A stretch of DNA of 64,000 nucleotides, taken from assembly GCA_963706325.1 (NCBI GenBank), contig CAVPLT010000001.1:896001-960000 (forward strand), read 5' to 3'. Source of the DNA: an uncultured Nitrospiraceae bacterium (GTDB taxonomy: Bacteria > Nitrospirota > Nitrospiria > Nitrospirales > Nitrospiraceae). Positions 1 to 9,599 of the stretch are shown piece after piece (the stretch's first letter is position 1; every line of letters begins with the position of its first letter). The notes under the pieces are model-generated. The model searched no databases. It saw only the letters and a list, made by a program, of their open reading frames with translations, and had not been told where the DNA came from. Position numbers and translations under genes: made by a program.

Positions 1-738
1 GTGACAGGAGCCGCCTCCATTGACTTCATTAAGGCTGCGGTCCGGCTTGCGCAGGCGGGCAGTCTGGCGGGAATCGTGACGGCGCCCATCAATAAAGAAG
101 CCATGAACATGGCCGGTTACCACTACCCGGGGCATACGGAGTTGCTGGCAGATCTGACTCAGACCAAGGAATTCGGGATGATGATTGTCGGCGGGCCGCT
201 GAAGATCATGTTCACGACTACGCACGTCGCGATCAATGCACTGTCCTCGATGTTGACCACGGAGCGTATTACGAAGGCTATTCGTCTCGCTCATCTTGGG
301 CTGACGCGTTACTTCGGCATTGCGCGACCGAAAATCGGTGTGGCGGCACTGAACCCCCATGCGGGCGAACACGGGTTATTCGGCAATGAAGAGGCGACCA
401 GCATCGTCCCGGCCGTGCAACAAGCCCGTGCCGCCGGAATCAAGGCCAGTGATCCGTTGCCGGCCGATACCCTATTTGGGAAGGCGGCCAGAGGCGCCTA
501 CGATGGCGTCGTGGCGATGTACCATGATCAGGGACTGATCCCCTTGAAGTTGCTCGCCTTCGGGACCTGTGTGAATCTGACGGTGGGGCTGCCGATCATC
601 CGGACGTCGGTCGATCACGGAACCGCCTACGATATTGCCGGTAAAGGGTTGGCCGAACACGGGAGTCTACTGGAGGCCGTCAAGGTCGCGGCCAGGTTGG
701 CCCAATCTTGGTCGCCTACCCAGGGCCAGTCTCGGTAA
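1..738 (+). CDS. pdxA: 4-hydroxythreonine-4-phosphate dehydrogenase (5'-truncated by window edge)
   Basis: Motifs TAPINKE, GHTELLA, LNPHAGE, AMYHDQG, RTSVDHGTA; precedes rsmA as is usual. Confidence 0.96.
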   Translation: MTGAASIDFIKAAVRLAQAGSLAGIVTAPINKEAMNMAGYHYPGHTELLADLTQTKEFGMMIVGGPLKIMFTTTHVAINALSSMLTTERITKAIRLAHLGLTRYFGIARPKIGVAALNPHAGEHGLFGNEEATSIVPAVQQARAAGIKASDPLPADTLFGKAARGAYDGVVAMYHDQGLIPLKLLAFGTCVNLTVGLPIIRTSVDHGTAYDIAGKGLAEHGSLLEAVKVAARLAQSWSPTQGQSR

Positions 739-760
739 ATAAGAGGGAGTACGCATTGCC

Positions 761-1069
761 ATGTCAGAAAAGACCGCTTCGATCATCGATCAGCAGGTGA
801 AGGAATTGGACGCGATTGCGAAGCGAACGGTCCAAGATTTTAATACCGTCTTGGGCGCAGAACGCATGGGGCAATGGAAGATCCGCACAGTGACATTGCT
901 CCAGCAACTTGCGGGAAAGAAGGAGGCGGATGAACTGGCGAGCAAGGATCCCGGCCCCGCCTTCACCAACGATCTGATCGAGGAATTCACCGACGAAGTG
1001 GAGTGTTATCGTTCTTACCTGGTGGCGCTTGCAAAACGGCTCCGGGCGGCGGTTCCTCCGCAGCCCTGA
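761..1069 (+). CDS. hypothetical protein
   Basis: 102-aa ORF with AGAGGGAG RBS-like sequence upstream, co-oriented between pdxA and rsmA. Confidence 0.75.
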   Translation: MSEKTASIIDQQVKELDAIAKRTVQDFNTVLGAERMGQWKIRTVTLLQQLAGKKEADELASKDPGPAFTNDLIEEFTDEVECYRSYLVALAKRLRAAVPPQP

Positions 1070-1085
1070 GAAGTGACGCGAGGCC

Positions 1086-1889
1086 ATGGCTCCCCCTTTC
1101 CCACCAGCACTGAAGCGACTCGGACAGAATTTCCTCATCGATCCGAACATCATCCGTAAAATCTTGACCGCGGCGGCGCTTGGTCCCGATGACCTGGTGC
1201 TGGAGATCGGGCCGGGTCGAGGGGCTCTGACGGCAGGCCTCTGCGCCGAAGCAGGACGGGTCATTGCCGTCGAGATCGATCCGCAGTTGCAGCCTCACCT
1301 TCAGAAAAATCTCGCACATTGCCGAAACCTGGATCTTCGAATTGAGGATGCATTAAAGTTTTCTTTCGACAGCTTGCCACCTCGCACGGTGGTGGTGGCG
1401 AATCTGCCCTACTACGCCTCCACCCCGCTCTTGTTCGCTCTGCTGGATGCCCGCGCTCAAGTGGATCGCATGGTTCTTATGCTACAGACGGAGGTGGCCC
1501 TTCGTCTGACGGCCAAGCCCAACAGCAAAGACTATGGAATTCTCTCGGTGCTGACGCAAGAGGCGGCAGATGTGGAGTTGGCCTTTCGCGTCTCCGCGAA
1601 TTGTTTCCGGCCGCGCCCGACGGTGGGGTCTGCCGTGGTGCGGTTGACTATCAAATCCCATGACGGGTTCGATCCGATTCGTCACGAACGATTTCGTCGG
1701 TTGGTGCGCGCGTCGTTCGCTCATCGTCGAAAAACATTGGTGAACTCGGTGCGTGATGAAGGATTTCCCGCGGATCGAATCGTCCGGGCAATGAATGTGG
1801 CAGGCGTGCCGTTGCAAGCCAGAGCTGAAATGTTGGACCTCGACACCTACCGAACGCTCGCACGCGCATTTGATCCGGATCCCTTGTGA
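1086..1889 (+). CDS. rsmA: 16S rRNA m6,2A1518/A1519 dimethyltransferase
   Basis: KRLGQNFL, VLEIGPGRG, VVANLPY, F-x-HRRKTL motifs. Confidence 0.96.
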   Translation: MAPPFPPALKRLGQNFLIDPNIIRKILTAAALGPDDLVLEIGPGRGALTAGLCAEAGRVIAVEIDPQLQPHLQKNLAHCRNLDLRIEDALKFSFDSLPPRTVVVANLPYYASTPLLFALLDARAQVDRMVLMLQTEVALRLTAKPNSKDYGILSVLTQEAADVELAFRVSANCFRPRPTVGSAVVRLTIKSHDGFDPIRHERFRRLVRASFAHRRKTLVNSVRDEGFPADRIVRAMNVAGVPLQARAEMLDLDTYRTLARAFDPDPL

Positions 1890-1952
1890 TTTCTGACAAG
1901 TAAGCCTTGAAAGGTGGAGGGTTCAACGGTCTGTGCAACATTTCCCCTTTGT

Positions 1953-1981
1953 TTGAAAAGCCTTTTTCCCTGTGCTACGAT
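1953..1981 (+). promoter_or_regulatory. sigma70-type promoter for ftsK (probably leaderless)
   Basis: TTGAAA-17 nt-(TGc)TACGAT, ending 7 nt before the ATG at 1989; no Shine-Dalgarno. Confidence 0.55.
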
Positions 1982-1988
1982 CCGCCGC

Positions 1989-4421
1989 ATGGGTGTATCC
2001 ACCACGGCAAAGCGCGGTGACGCCCGCTCAGCCCCCTCCCGTTCCTCACATGTGAAGCGTGAAGTGATCGGGGTTCTCCTGATCGCAGCCGGCCTTTTGA
2101 TCCTGCTCAGTCTGGTGTCGTTCTTTCCAGGCGATGCCAAATCGATCGCGGCATCCGGATCAGCCGGCAATCAGCCCAAGAACATGATCGGGTCGGTGGG
2201 GGCACTGGTAGCGGCGGCGTCTTTTTATACGATCGGCGGAGCTGCCTATCTCTTTCCCATTCTGCTCGGGCTGCTCGGCGCCCGCTGTTTCATGCCCATT
2301 CCACTCACCGTCCGACTCAGAAATGCAGGCAGCGGTGTGGCGGCGATGGTCTGTTTGAGCGCATTCCTCCATTTGGAAGTCACCGCGGTTCCGACTATTT
2401 CGAGCGGATGGGTGAACCGCGGCATGGCCGGCGGGATAATCGGCCAAGTACTAGCCGACGGCCTTCGGAGTTATTTCGCCAACACCGGCGCACATATTGT
2501 GATCCTCACCGGCCTAGTAGTCGCGTTGCTGTTTACTGTGCCTGTTTCTCTGACCTTGCTGGTCCAGCGACTTCCCGAGTGGTGGGCTGGAGCCCGCGAA
2601 CAAATGGCAGGTTGGTTGCCGGAGTGGCCGACCAGTCAAGAAAGCCCTTCGAAACGGTCGCGTGTGAAGGCGCCCCGTGTGCCGCGTGAGGCTGAAGATC
2701 ACTCGTTCGACCGTGAAGTGGAGGTCGTGGCGGAAGCGGTGGACCAGATAGCAGTCCCCATGATTCCGCCAAAAATTCAGCCTCCGATCAAAGTGGAGAA
2801 ACGCTTGGCGTCTGCCGAAGAACCGGCAGCGGCTGTCGCAATGAGCCCCTCCGTGGCGGACGGATATGTGTTGCCGGATCCGCAAGAATTATTGAGCGAC
2901 CCATCCGGACCTCTCGCCCGCCTCAGCGATGCAGAGATCACGCAGCAATCTGAAATTTTGACCAAGGCCTTAAAAAGTTTCATGATCGACGGACGGGTGA
3001 CGGAAGTGCGACCTGGCCCGGTGGTGACCATGTATGAATTCGAACCGGCACCCGGCACGAAGGTCGCCCGTATCGTCAATCTCGCTGACGATTTGGCTTT
3101 AGCGTTGAAAGCCATCAGCCTGCGCATCGTGGCGCCGCTTCCCGGCAAATCGGTCGTGGGCATCGAAGTGCCGAATCCGCACCGCGAGACCGTCTCGCTC
3201 AAGGAAGTGGTCACTAGCGATTCATTTTCCCGATCTCGATCCAAGCTCAGCTTGGCTCTTGGCAAAGATATTTTTGGCGGCGCCGTCAGCGCGGATCTCC
3301 AGAAGATGCCCCACCTTCTCGTCGCCGGCGCCACGGGAGCCGGCAAGAGCGTGAGTTTGAACACGATGCTGCTCAGCATTCTGTTCAGCGCCAGACCCAA
3401 TGAGGTGAAACTCCTCCTCATCGACCCGAAAATGTTGGAATTCCAAAGTTACGACGGTATCCCGCATCTGTTGCGTCCGGTTATCACCGATCCCAAATCG
3501 GCCGCGCGTGGATTGGGATGGGTGGTGCAAGAAATGGAGCGGCGATACAAACTCCTGGCCGAGGCCGGGGTGCGCAGCATTGAGGCCTATAATCTCAGGA
3601 TCTCCCAGGTTCAAGGGGCAGTCTCGGATGTGTGGCAATCCGGCAAAGCGGAGCAGGTGGAACTGACGTTCCTTCCTGAAGAAGAGCGGCTTTCACAGGG
3701 AGAAAATGCCGAACCAGCGGGTGACAATGGGCCGACTGCTTCGGTCAAGCCTACTCCGCCGGAACCGTTACCCTATATCATGGTTATGATCGATGAGTTA
3801 GCGGACTTGATGATGGTCGCTCCGAAAGATGTCGAGGACAAGATTGCGCGCCTGGCGCAGATGGCCCGCGCGTCCGGGATTCATCTCGTGTTGGCTACTC
3901 AGCGGCCGTCGGTCGATGTATTGACGGGTCTCATCAAGGCGAACTTTCCTGCCCGCATCGCATTCCAGGTCTCCTCCAAGACCGATTCCCGCACTATTCT
4001 CGACGCCAATGGCGCAGAAGCCTTGCTGGGTCGCGGCGACATGCTGTATCTCGCCTCGGGAACCGGGAAATTGATGCGCATTCATGGGTCCTATGTGTCG
4101 GACGATGACGTGCGGCGGGTCGTGGAATTCGTTAAAAAGCAGGCCTTGCCTTCCTATTGCCGTGAGCTGCAATCGCTCAAGCTGGATGAAGCAGAGGAGG
4201 AGCAGGCCAAGGACGATGTGTATGAACAGGCCAAGGAGTTGGTATTGTCGACCGGACAAGCCTCCGCATCGCTGATTCAGCGGCGCCTGCGAGTGGGATA
4301 TCCTCGGGCCGCGCGCATGATCGAACAGATGGAAGCAGAAGGGGTAGTCGGAGCGGCGGGTCGGGATGGACGTCGGGAGGTCCTGGGTCGTCGCGGGCCG
4401 GTCGGAGGAGATGAGGCATGA
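1989..4421 (+). CDS. ftsK: DNA translocase FtsK
   Basis: N-terminal TM helices, PHLLVAGATGAGKS Walker A, IDELADLMM, LATQRPSVDV, C-terminal gamma domain (ASLIQRRLRVGYPRAARMIE). Start moved to ATG 1989. Confidence 0.96.
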   Translation: MGVSTTAKRGDARSAPSRSSHVKREVIGVLLIAAGLLILLSLVSFFPGDAKSIAASGSAGNQPKNMIGSVGALVAAASFYTIGGAAYLFPILLGLLGARCFMPIPLTVRLRNAGSGVAAMVCLSAFLHLEVTAVPTISSGWVNRGMAGGIIGQVLADGLRSYFANTGAHIVILTGLVVALLFTVPVSLTLLVQRLPEWWAGAREQMAGWLPEWPTSQESPSKRSRVKAPRVPREAEDHSFDREVEVVAEAVDQIAVPMIPPKIQPPIKVEKRLASAEEPAAAVAMSPSVADGYVLPDPQELLSDPSGPLARLSDAEITQQSEILTKALKSFMIDGRVTEVRPGPVVTMYEFEPAPGTKVARIVNLADDLALALKAISLRIVAPLPGKSVVGIEVPNPHRETVSLKEVVTSDSFSRSRSKLSLALGKDIFGGAVSADLQKMPHLLVAGATGAGKSVSLNTMLLSILFSARPNEVKLLLIDPKMLEFQSYDGIPHLLRPVITDPKSAARGLGWVVQEMERRYKLLAEAGVRSIEAYNLRISQVQGAVSDVWQSGKAEQVELTFLPEEERLSQGENAEPAGDNGPTASVKPTPPEPLPYIMVMIDELADLMMVAPKDVEDKIARLAQMARASGIHLVLATQRPSVDVLTGLIKANFPARIAFQVSSKTDSRTILDANGAEALLGRGDMLYLASGTGKLMRIHGSYVSDDDVRRVVEFVKKQALPSYCRELQSLKLDEAEEEQAKDDVYEQAKELVLSTGQASASLIQRRLRVGYPRAARMIEQMEAEGVVGAAGRDGRREVLGRRGPVGGDEA

Positions 4422-5140
4422 TGCGGATGTGTTCTCTGGTCCTACTGTTGCTGTGGAGTGGATTCCTGGTGGCTCCTCGAACGGCGACGGCTGACGAACA
4501 GGCGGTCGATGCGCAGGCATTGCAGGAAGTTCAGGAGGTGGTGAAGAAAATCCAAGTTCGCTATGAAAAGACGAAAGACTTGCAAGCCTCGTTCACTCAA
4601 AAAACGAGAATCGAAGGGTTTTCCACCCCTGTGATTTCAACCGGCCGTTTTTACATCAAGAAGCCGGGCCGTTTGCGCTGGGACTATATCGAGCCGGCAA
4701 CGGAAGAAATTTACGTCAACAAAGACGATGTCAAAATGTACGTGCCGGAGCACAAACAGGTGCTGGTCGGGAAGCTTACCTATATGGCTGCCTCGCAGGC
4801 CCCGTTGCAATTATTGCAGGGCGTGGCCAAACTGGACGAAGAATTTGATATCGAACCCACTGCAAACACAGAGCGTGGGGCGGGGGGCATTCCTCTCGTG
4901 TCTCTGACGCCGAAGCAGGGTCGCGCCGAGCCGGAGCGAGCGATACAGAAAATCGTCATTGAAGTGCAACCCAAGACCTATTTTCTGAAGACCATCGCGT
5001 TGCATGAGGTCAGCGGCAATATCGCCACCTTCGAATTTACAGAACTGAAGCCGAACAGCGGATTAAAAGATGAGCTATTTGATTTCAAGACGCCGGCCGA
5101 TGTAGAAATCGTGAGGGCACCGGTGTTGAGCCGACCCTAG
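4418..5140 (+). CDS. lolA: outer-membrane lipoprotein carrier protein
   Basis: Signal peptide, ASFTQ...G-x-FYIKKPGRLRWDY motif, position after ftsK with ATGA overlap. Confidence 0.9.
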   Translation: MMRMCSLVLLLLWSGFLVAPRTATADEQAVDAQALQEVQEVVKKIQVRYEKTKDLQASFTQKTRIEGFSTPVISTGRFYIKKPGRLRWDYIEPATEEIYVNKDDVKMYVPEHKQVLVGKLTYMAASQAPLQLLQGVAKLDEEFDIEPTANTERGAGGIPLVSLTPKQGRAEPERAIQKIVIEVQPKTYFLKTIALHEVSGNIATFEFTELKPNSGLKDELFDFKTPADVEIVRAPVLSRP

Positions 5141-5262
5141 CAGGATGGTGAAAAAGTCCGCCAGCTTTGTTCTCGCATCGCGCAGAGGCTCAACGTACCG
5201 CAAGGGTACGCCTGCCTCTTTGCTCGCTGCGGCCTCGCCGGACGGCCTTTTTGACCATCCTG
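5141..5262. mobile_element. MITE-like element with terminal inverted repeats
   Basis: CAGGATGGTGAAAAAG ... CTTTTTGACCATCCTG (15/16 inverted match), flanked by CTAG and CTGG (possible 4-bp target duplication); no coding capacity. Confidence 0.7.
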
Positions 5263-5362
5263 CTGGCTCTCCGGTTTTTCGGGCAGTGAGATGCTTCGAC
5301 AGTCCGCAGGAAACAGGCAAGACTCAATGATGAATGATGAATTCTGACTTGATGAGGGAAGC

Positions 5363-6121
5363 ATGAACCAGGTCTGCGTGAACAGCGTCACGGAAGCGGT
5401 AGAACGGGCTATTGCGGCGTTGGACCTCGATCGGTTGGAGCGGGACTATTGGGATCAGAACGAATTCCTCTACATTCCGGAGTTTCTGCCGCGAGACTTC
5501 GTGGAGGCGATGCTGGTCCCGCAGGCGCAGGTGCTCAAGTCAGGATTGAACCGCAACTACATCCCCGGGCATAAGAAGGGCGGGAGTGTCAGCTACTATG
5601 CGGTGAGGGGCCAGGCACCGCAATTTATCGAGCTGTATCGATCAGAGGCTTTGCGAGCAATGCTCAACCGGTTGACGAAGGTCAACCTCCTGCTTTGCCC
5701 CGACAATGACCCCCATTCCTGCGCGCTGTATTACTACACGGAAGCCGGTGATCATATCGGGTACCATTACGATACGTCGTATTACAAAGGCGCCCGTTAT
5801 ACCATTTTGATGGGATTGTTGGACCAGTCGAAGCACTGCCGGCTGGTGTGCGATCTATTCAAAGACGTGCCGGGTAAACAGCCCGTTCATCGTGAGATAG
5901 CCACCGCCCCCGGCGATCTGGTGATCTTCAATGGCGATAAGCTCTGGCATGCAGTCACTCCACTTGGAGCCCAGGAGGAGCGGATTGTGCTGACGATGGA
6001 GTACGTCACGAATCCGGACATGGGCGCATTCAAGCGGCTCTATTCCAATCTCAAAGATTCCTTCGCCTACTTCGGATTACGCTCCGTCTTCAAGCGGTCC
6101 GCTCCCGATTCACGCGCATAA
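5363..6121 (+). CDS. 2OG-Fe(II) oxygenase superfamily protein
   Basis: HxD (YHYDT), distal His (KLWHAVTP) and downstream Arg (ERIVL) of the 2OG-Fe(II) facial triad. Confidence 0.8.
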   Translation: MNQVCVNSVTEAVERAIAALDLDRLERDYWDQNEFLYIPEFLPRDFVEAMLVPQAQVLKSGLNRNYIPGHKKGGSVSYYAVRGQAPQFIELYRSEALRAMLNRLTKVNLLLCPDNDPHSCALYYYTEAGDHIGYHYDTSYYKGARYTILMGLLDQSKHCRLVCDLFKDVPGKQPVHREIATAPGDLVIFNGDKLWHAVTPLGAQEERIVLTMEYVTNPDMGAFKRLYSNLKDSFAYFGLRSVFKRSAPDSRA

Positions 6122-6174
6122 ACTACTCACTAGGGCTGTATGCAAAGCCACTGTCCGCACTGAGCCCTCCACGG

Positions 6175-6612
6175 TCACGCGACGAACTGGTCCTTGAAGA
6201 GCGTGTGGTTATCGACGGCGCATTTCAGGACACGCAGGAGATCCTGCCTGGAAACCGGTTTCACCAAATAGTCTCGCACGCCCATCTTCATCAGAGTGAT
6301 AGCAAGGTCGCAATCCGGATACCCCGTCAGCACAATCACGGGAATCGACGGAAAATGTGTCCTGAAGAAATGGATCGCATCGATCCCATTGATGCGCGGC
6401 ATGCGGATGTCGCACAGAATCGCGTCGACCGTCAGGGGATTGTCTCCGTCGCCCAGGGCGGTGATGGCTTCCCCTCCGTCGCCGGCCTCGACGACTTCAT
6501 AACCTGCTTGCAATAGCGCAATTCGAATCGGCTTGCGAATAGGCAGCTCGTCATCCACGACGAGAATCCGTCCCTCTGATGCACGAGCAGGAAGGTGTAG
6601 GGGTTCAGACAT
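6175..6612 (-). CDS. single-domain response regulator
   Basis: ILVVDDE, LCDIRMP, VLTG, DYLVKP; GAGG precedes ATG 6612. Confidence 0.9.
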   Translation of the reverse strand: MSEPLHLPARASEGRILVVDDELPIRKPIRIALLQAGYEVVEAGDGGEAITALGDGDNPLTVDAILCDIRMPRINGIDAIHFFRTHFPSIPVIVLTGYPDCDLAITLMKMGVRDYLVKPVSRQDLLRVLKCAVDNHTLFKDQFVA

Positions 6613-6628
6613 GGCATGCCTCATTGGC

Positions 6629-9358
6629 TCAGACTATCGCGGGAAACCGCAACCGGAATGTGGTGCCTTGGCGCCCGGTGGTATCCACCGTGATAGTCCC
6701 GTTATGTTTCGTGACAATTTTATGGACGATGCTGAGGCCGAGCCCGGTCCCTTTCCCGGGCTCCTTCGTCGTGAAAAACGGATCGAAAATCTCCGGCAGG
6801 ATAGACGCCGGAATGCCTGGGCCGGTATCGGTAATGGTCACGTCGACCCAATCTGCTTCTTGCGCGATGGCCAGTGTTAAGCGCCCGGTTCCTTCCATCG
6901 CCTGGGCCGCGTTGCTGATCAAATTCACGAACACCTGATCGATTTCCCCTTTTCTCGCACGGATAAAGGCGAGCGTATTGAATTGAGTGACGACGTCCAC
7001 ATAGCCGAAGTGAGGTCCTCGCCGGACCATTTTGACCGCTTCCAGCAGACGCTCCGCCACATCGACTTCCGTTTCGCCATCACGACCCGTTGAACGGGCA
7101 TAGCTCGCAAAATCTCGGACGACGGTGGACACATGGCGCGCATAGTTCACGATATCGGCCGCGAATTCCCTGACCTTGCCGGGGTCCTCTTCTTCCTGAA
7201 TGAGCTCGGCCATGCTGAGAATGGCCTGGGCCGGGTTGTTGATCTCATGCGCCATACCCGACACCATCGTGCCGAGGCTCGAAAGTTTTTCGGCCTGAAT
7301 GAGTTGATCCTGAAGCCGCTTTTCTTCCGTGATATCCCAGAGCACGATGCCGAGCTGATACTGTGATCCCTCACGAGCGGCCACAGGAAAGAATCGATAG
7401 CGATAGACCCGCTTGGCAACTTCGCATTCGCGCTCCGACAAACCTCGCGCCACTTCTGACGATAGGGTGCTCCATTCCTGTGCCAGGCGTTGAGTAGCCA
7501 CATCCGTCAAAGCCAGAAATTGAGACAGGTCATGGCCGAGCAGAGAGCTTCCATCCGGGGCAAAATAGCGATGGGCCAGATCGTTCGCATATTCCACGCG
7601 CAAGTCGCGTCCGCAGAGGAGAACGGCGCCCGGCAAACTGGCCAACAGACTGTGTGTCATGTCATGGCTGGCGAGCAACGCCTGCGCGGCATGCGCTCGT
7701 TCCATGAACTGTCCAATCTTCATGCCCGTATCGGCCATGATCTGGATGAGCGTGTGATCGGTGGGGCGAGAGGTGCCGGAGAACAATTCCAACACGCCAT
7801 GAATCAAGCCGCCGGTGCGGATGGGAATGACACAGGCTCCATGTATTCCCAGTCGCGAGGCAGTCGGGGCACGGGTGAACTGAGGGTGTATCAACGCATC
7901 CGGAATCCAGAGCGGGAGTTTTGTGCTCCAGGCGATTCCAGGAAAGTCGATTCCCTGAGGAAAGACGCTTTTTCGACAGAGCGTGACGAAATCATCCCAC
8001 TGGTAAGCGGGGTGGATCCAGGCTCCATGACAAGTCAGCGTCTCACTTGTCATGGAGTGGTGCCAGAAGAGCCCCATGTCCCAGCGTCCCATCTCGCTGA
8101 CCACCCGAAGGAGTTCCGGCATCGCCTCGTCGATCGTGCCAACCTGAGCGAGAATATGGCTGATGGAAAGCTGCGCCCGCTGCAGGCTCTCCTGCCGCTT
8201 GTTGTCGGTGATGTCTTGAAACACAACTACCACTCCGACCATTCGATCTTGTTCGCGAATTGGACTCGTAGTGTAGTGAACCGGCAATGGAGTGCCGGCC
8301 TTCGTGCGGAAGGAATCATTTTGGATGCGGTGAATCGTGCCGTCGCGGAGCGCTGAGTCCAGAGAAAAGGGATCGGATGTCTGTGAAGCGCCGGAGGCGT
8401 CGAGGCGGTAGAGTAGGGGCGCCATCGCCTTGCCGATCAATTCTGCAGAACTCCAGCCTAGCATGCGCGCTCCAGTAGCATTGACGAACGTTGCGTGTCC
8501 CTGAAGGTCGAGGCCAAAAATACCTTCTCCGGCGCTGTCAAGGATCAAGGCGTTCTGCTGGCTGAGCCGGACGACGGATTCCTCGGCCTCCTTGCGCCGG
8601 GTAATGTCCCGAATGATCCCGCTGAAGAATAGGCCTTCCTTTGCATGCCAGGATGCCAGGGACAGTTCGATCGGAAACTCTTTTCCTGTGCTCGTGAGGC
8701 CCACCAGTTCAGTCGCGGTGCCGATCAACTTGGGTGTCCCACCGTGAGCCAAGCGCGTGATGCCGGCAGTGTGAGCCGATCGGAACCGCTCCGGCATCAA
8801 CATGGTGAGAGGATATCCCAAAGCTTCCCGCTTGCTGTGACCGAACATCCGTTCAGCGGCCCCATTCCACCAAATGATGTGGCCGTTCTGATCAGCGAGA
8901 CAGATGGCGTCGGCTGCAGATTCGACTAACGCTCGAAACCGTTCCTCACTGGCATGCAGAGCCTGCTCCACGTGTTCGGCTCGGACGGCCAGTCCCTTTA
9001 CCGATACGGCGCGGCGAAGAACGGCTTTGAGCTCTTGGGAATTGTAGGGTTTTGTGAGGTACGCGAACGCGCCTTTGGTCAGGGAGCCGATCGTATTTTC
9101 AGGCGTGGCGTTCCCAGTCAGAATGATGATCGGGAGGGAAGGGTCCAATTCCATCATCACCTTGAGGACCGAAAGTCCGTTCAGATCCGGCAGTTGAATA
9201 TCGAGCAGCGCTGCTCCGTATTGTTCCTGCTTTGCATAGCGCAGTGCCTCATTGCCGGTAGCGGCGCCCTGGACCGCATATCCTTCATGCGACAACATGT
9301 CGCCGAGCGATTCACGGATATCGGGATCGTCGTCAACAATGAGGATCGGTGTCTGCAC
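6629..9358 (-). CDS. hybrid sensor histidine kinase (REC-PAS-PAS-GAF-PAS-HisKA-HATPase)
   Basis: N-terminal REC (ILIVDDDPD), PAS/PAC repeats, GAF, EKLSSLG...AHEINNP H-box, DPFFTTK/GTGLGL. Start placed at GTG 9358. Confidence 0.92.
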   Translation of the reverse strand: MQTPILIVDDDPDIRESLGDMLSHEGYAVQGAATGNEALRYAKQEQYGAALLDIQLPDLNGLSVLKVMMELDPSLPIIILTGNATPENTIGSLTKGAFAYLTKPYNSQELKAVLRRAVSVKGLAVRAEHVEQALHASEERFRALVESAADAICLADQNGHIIWWNGAAERMFGHSKREALGYPLTMLMPERFRSAHTAGITRLAHGGTPKLIGTATELVGLTSTGKEFPIELSLASWHAKEGLFFSGIIRDITRRKEAEESVVRLSQQNALILDSAGEGIFGLDLQGHATFVNATGARMLGWSSAELIGKAMAPLLYRLDASGASQTSDPFSLDSALRDGTIHRIQNDSFRTKAGTPLPVHYTTSPIREQDRMVGVVVVFQDITDNKRQESLQRAQLSISHILAQVGTIDEAMPELLRVVSEMGRWDMGLFWHHSMTSETLTCHGAWIHPAYQWDDFVTLCRKSVFPQGIDFPGIAWSTKLPLWIPDALIHPQFTRAPTASRLGIHGACVIPIRTGGLIHGVLELFSGTSRPTDHTLIQIMADTGMKIGQFMERAHAAQALLASHDMTHSLLASLPGAVLLCGRDLRVEYANDLAHRYFAPDGSSLLGHDLSQFLALTDVATQRLAQEWSTLSSEVARGLSERECEVAKRVYRYRFFPVAAREGSQYQLGIVLWDITEEKRLQDQLIQAEKLSSLGTMVSGMAHEINNPAQAILSMAELIQEEEDPGKVREFAADIVNYARHVSTVVRDFASYARSTGRDGETEVDVAERLLEAVKMVRRGPHFGYVDVVTQFNTLAFIRARKGEIDQVFVNLISNAAQAMEGTGRLTLAIAQEADWVDVTITDTGPGIPASILPEIFDPFFTTKEPGKGTGLGLSIVHKIVTKHNGTITVDTTGRQGTTFRLRFPAIV

Positions 9359-9404
9359 AGGGTTACCAGTGTGTTTCGGGTCGAAGGCTGTGGCAATGAG
9401 TGGG

Positions 9405-9420
9405 CGCAATACCCATGCCG
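9405..9420 (-). promoter_or_regulatory. sigma54 (-24/-12) promoter
   Basis: Minus strand CGGCAT-GGGTA-TTGCG (GG-N10-GC), ~50 bp upstream of the kinase start. Confidence 0.65.
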
Positions 9421-9545
9421 CAGTTTCGTACCTGAAGCGCTTGGAATGCAGAGAACAACCCATTGATTCTGTGTAGGGTGTGTGTACGTTGGCGCCCTTC
9501 AAGTGCCAGCGATTGGAGGTACTTTTGTCCAAATGAATGCGTGCA

Positions 9546-9561
9546 ATATCGGATCAGATAC
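9546..9561. promoter_or_regulatory. GTATC-N6-GATAC palindrome (putative enhancer site)
   Basis: ATATC-GGATCA-GATAC, 126 bp upstream of the sigma54 motif. Confidence 0.6.
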
Positions 9562-9599
9562 AGTCGGGAGCGGGCATGGGCTAGACTGCGGAAAGGAGT

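Noticed and set aside
5363..6121. BesD-type radical halogenase
   Set aside because: The iron motif is HxD (HYD), not HxG/A, consistent with a hydroxylase.
9494..9508. Alternative sigma54 motif TGGCACTTGAAGGGC
   Set aside because: Poor -12 element and only ~40 bp from the palindrome; the 9405-9420 motif fits better.
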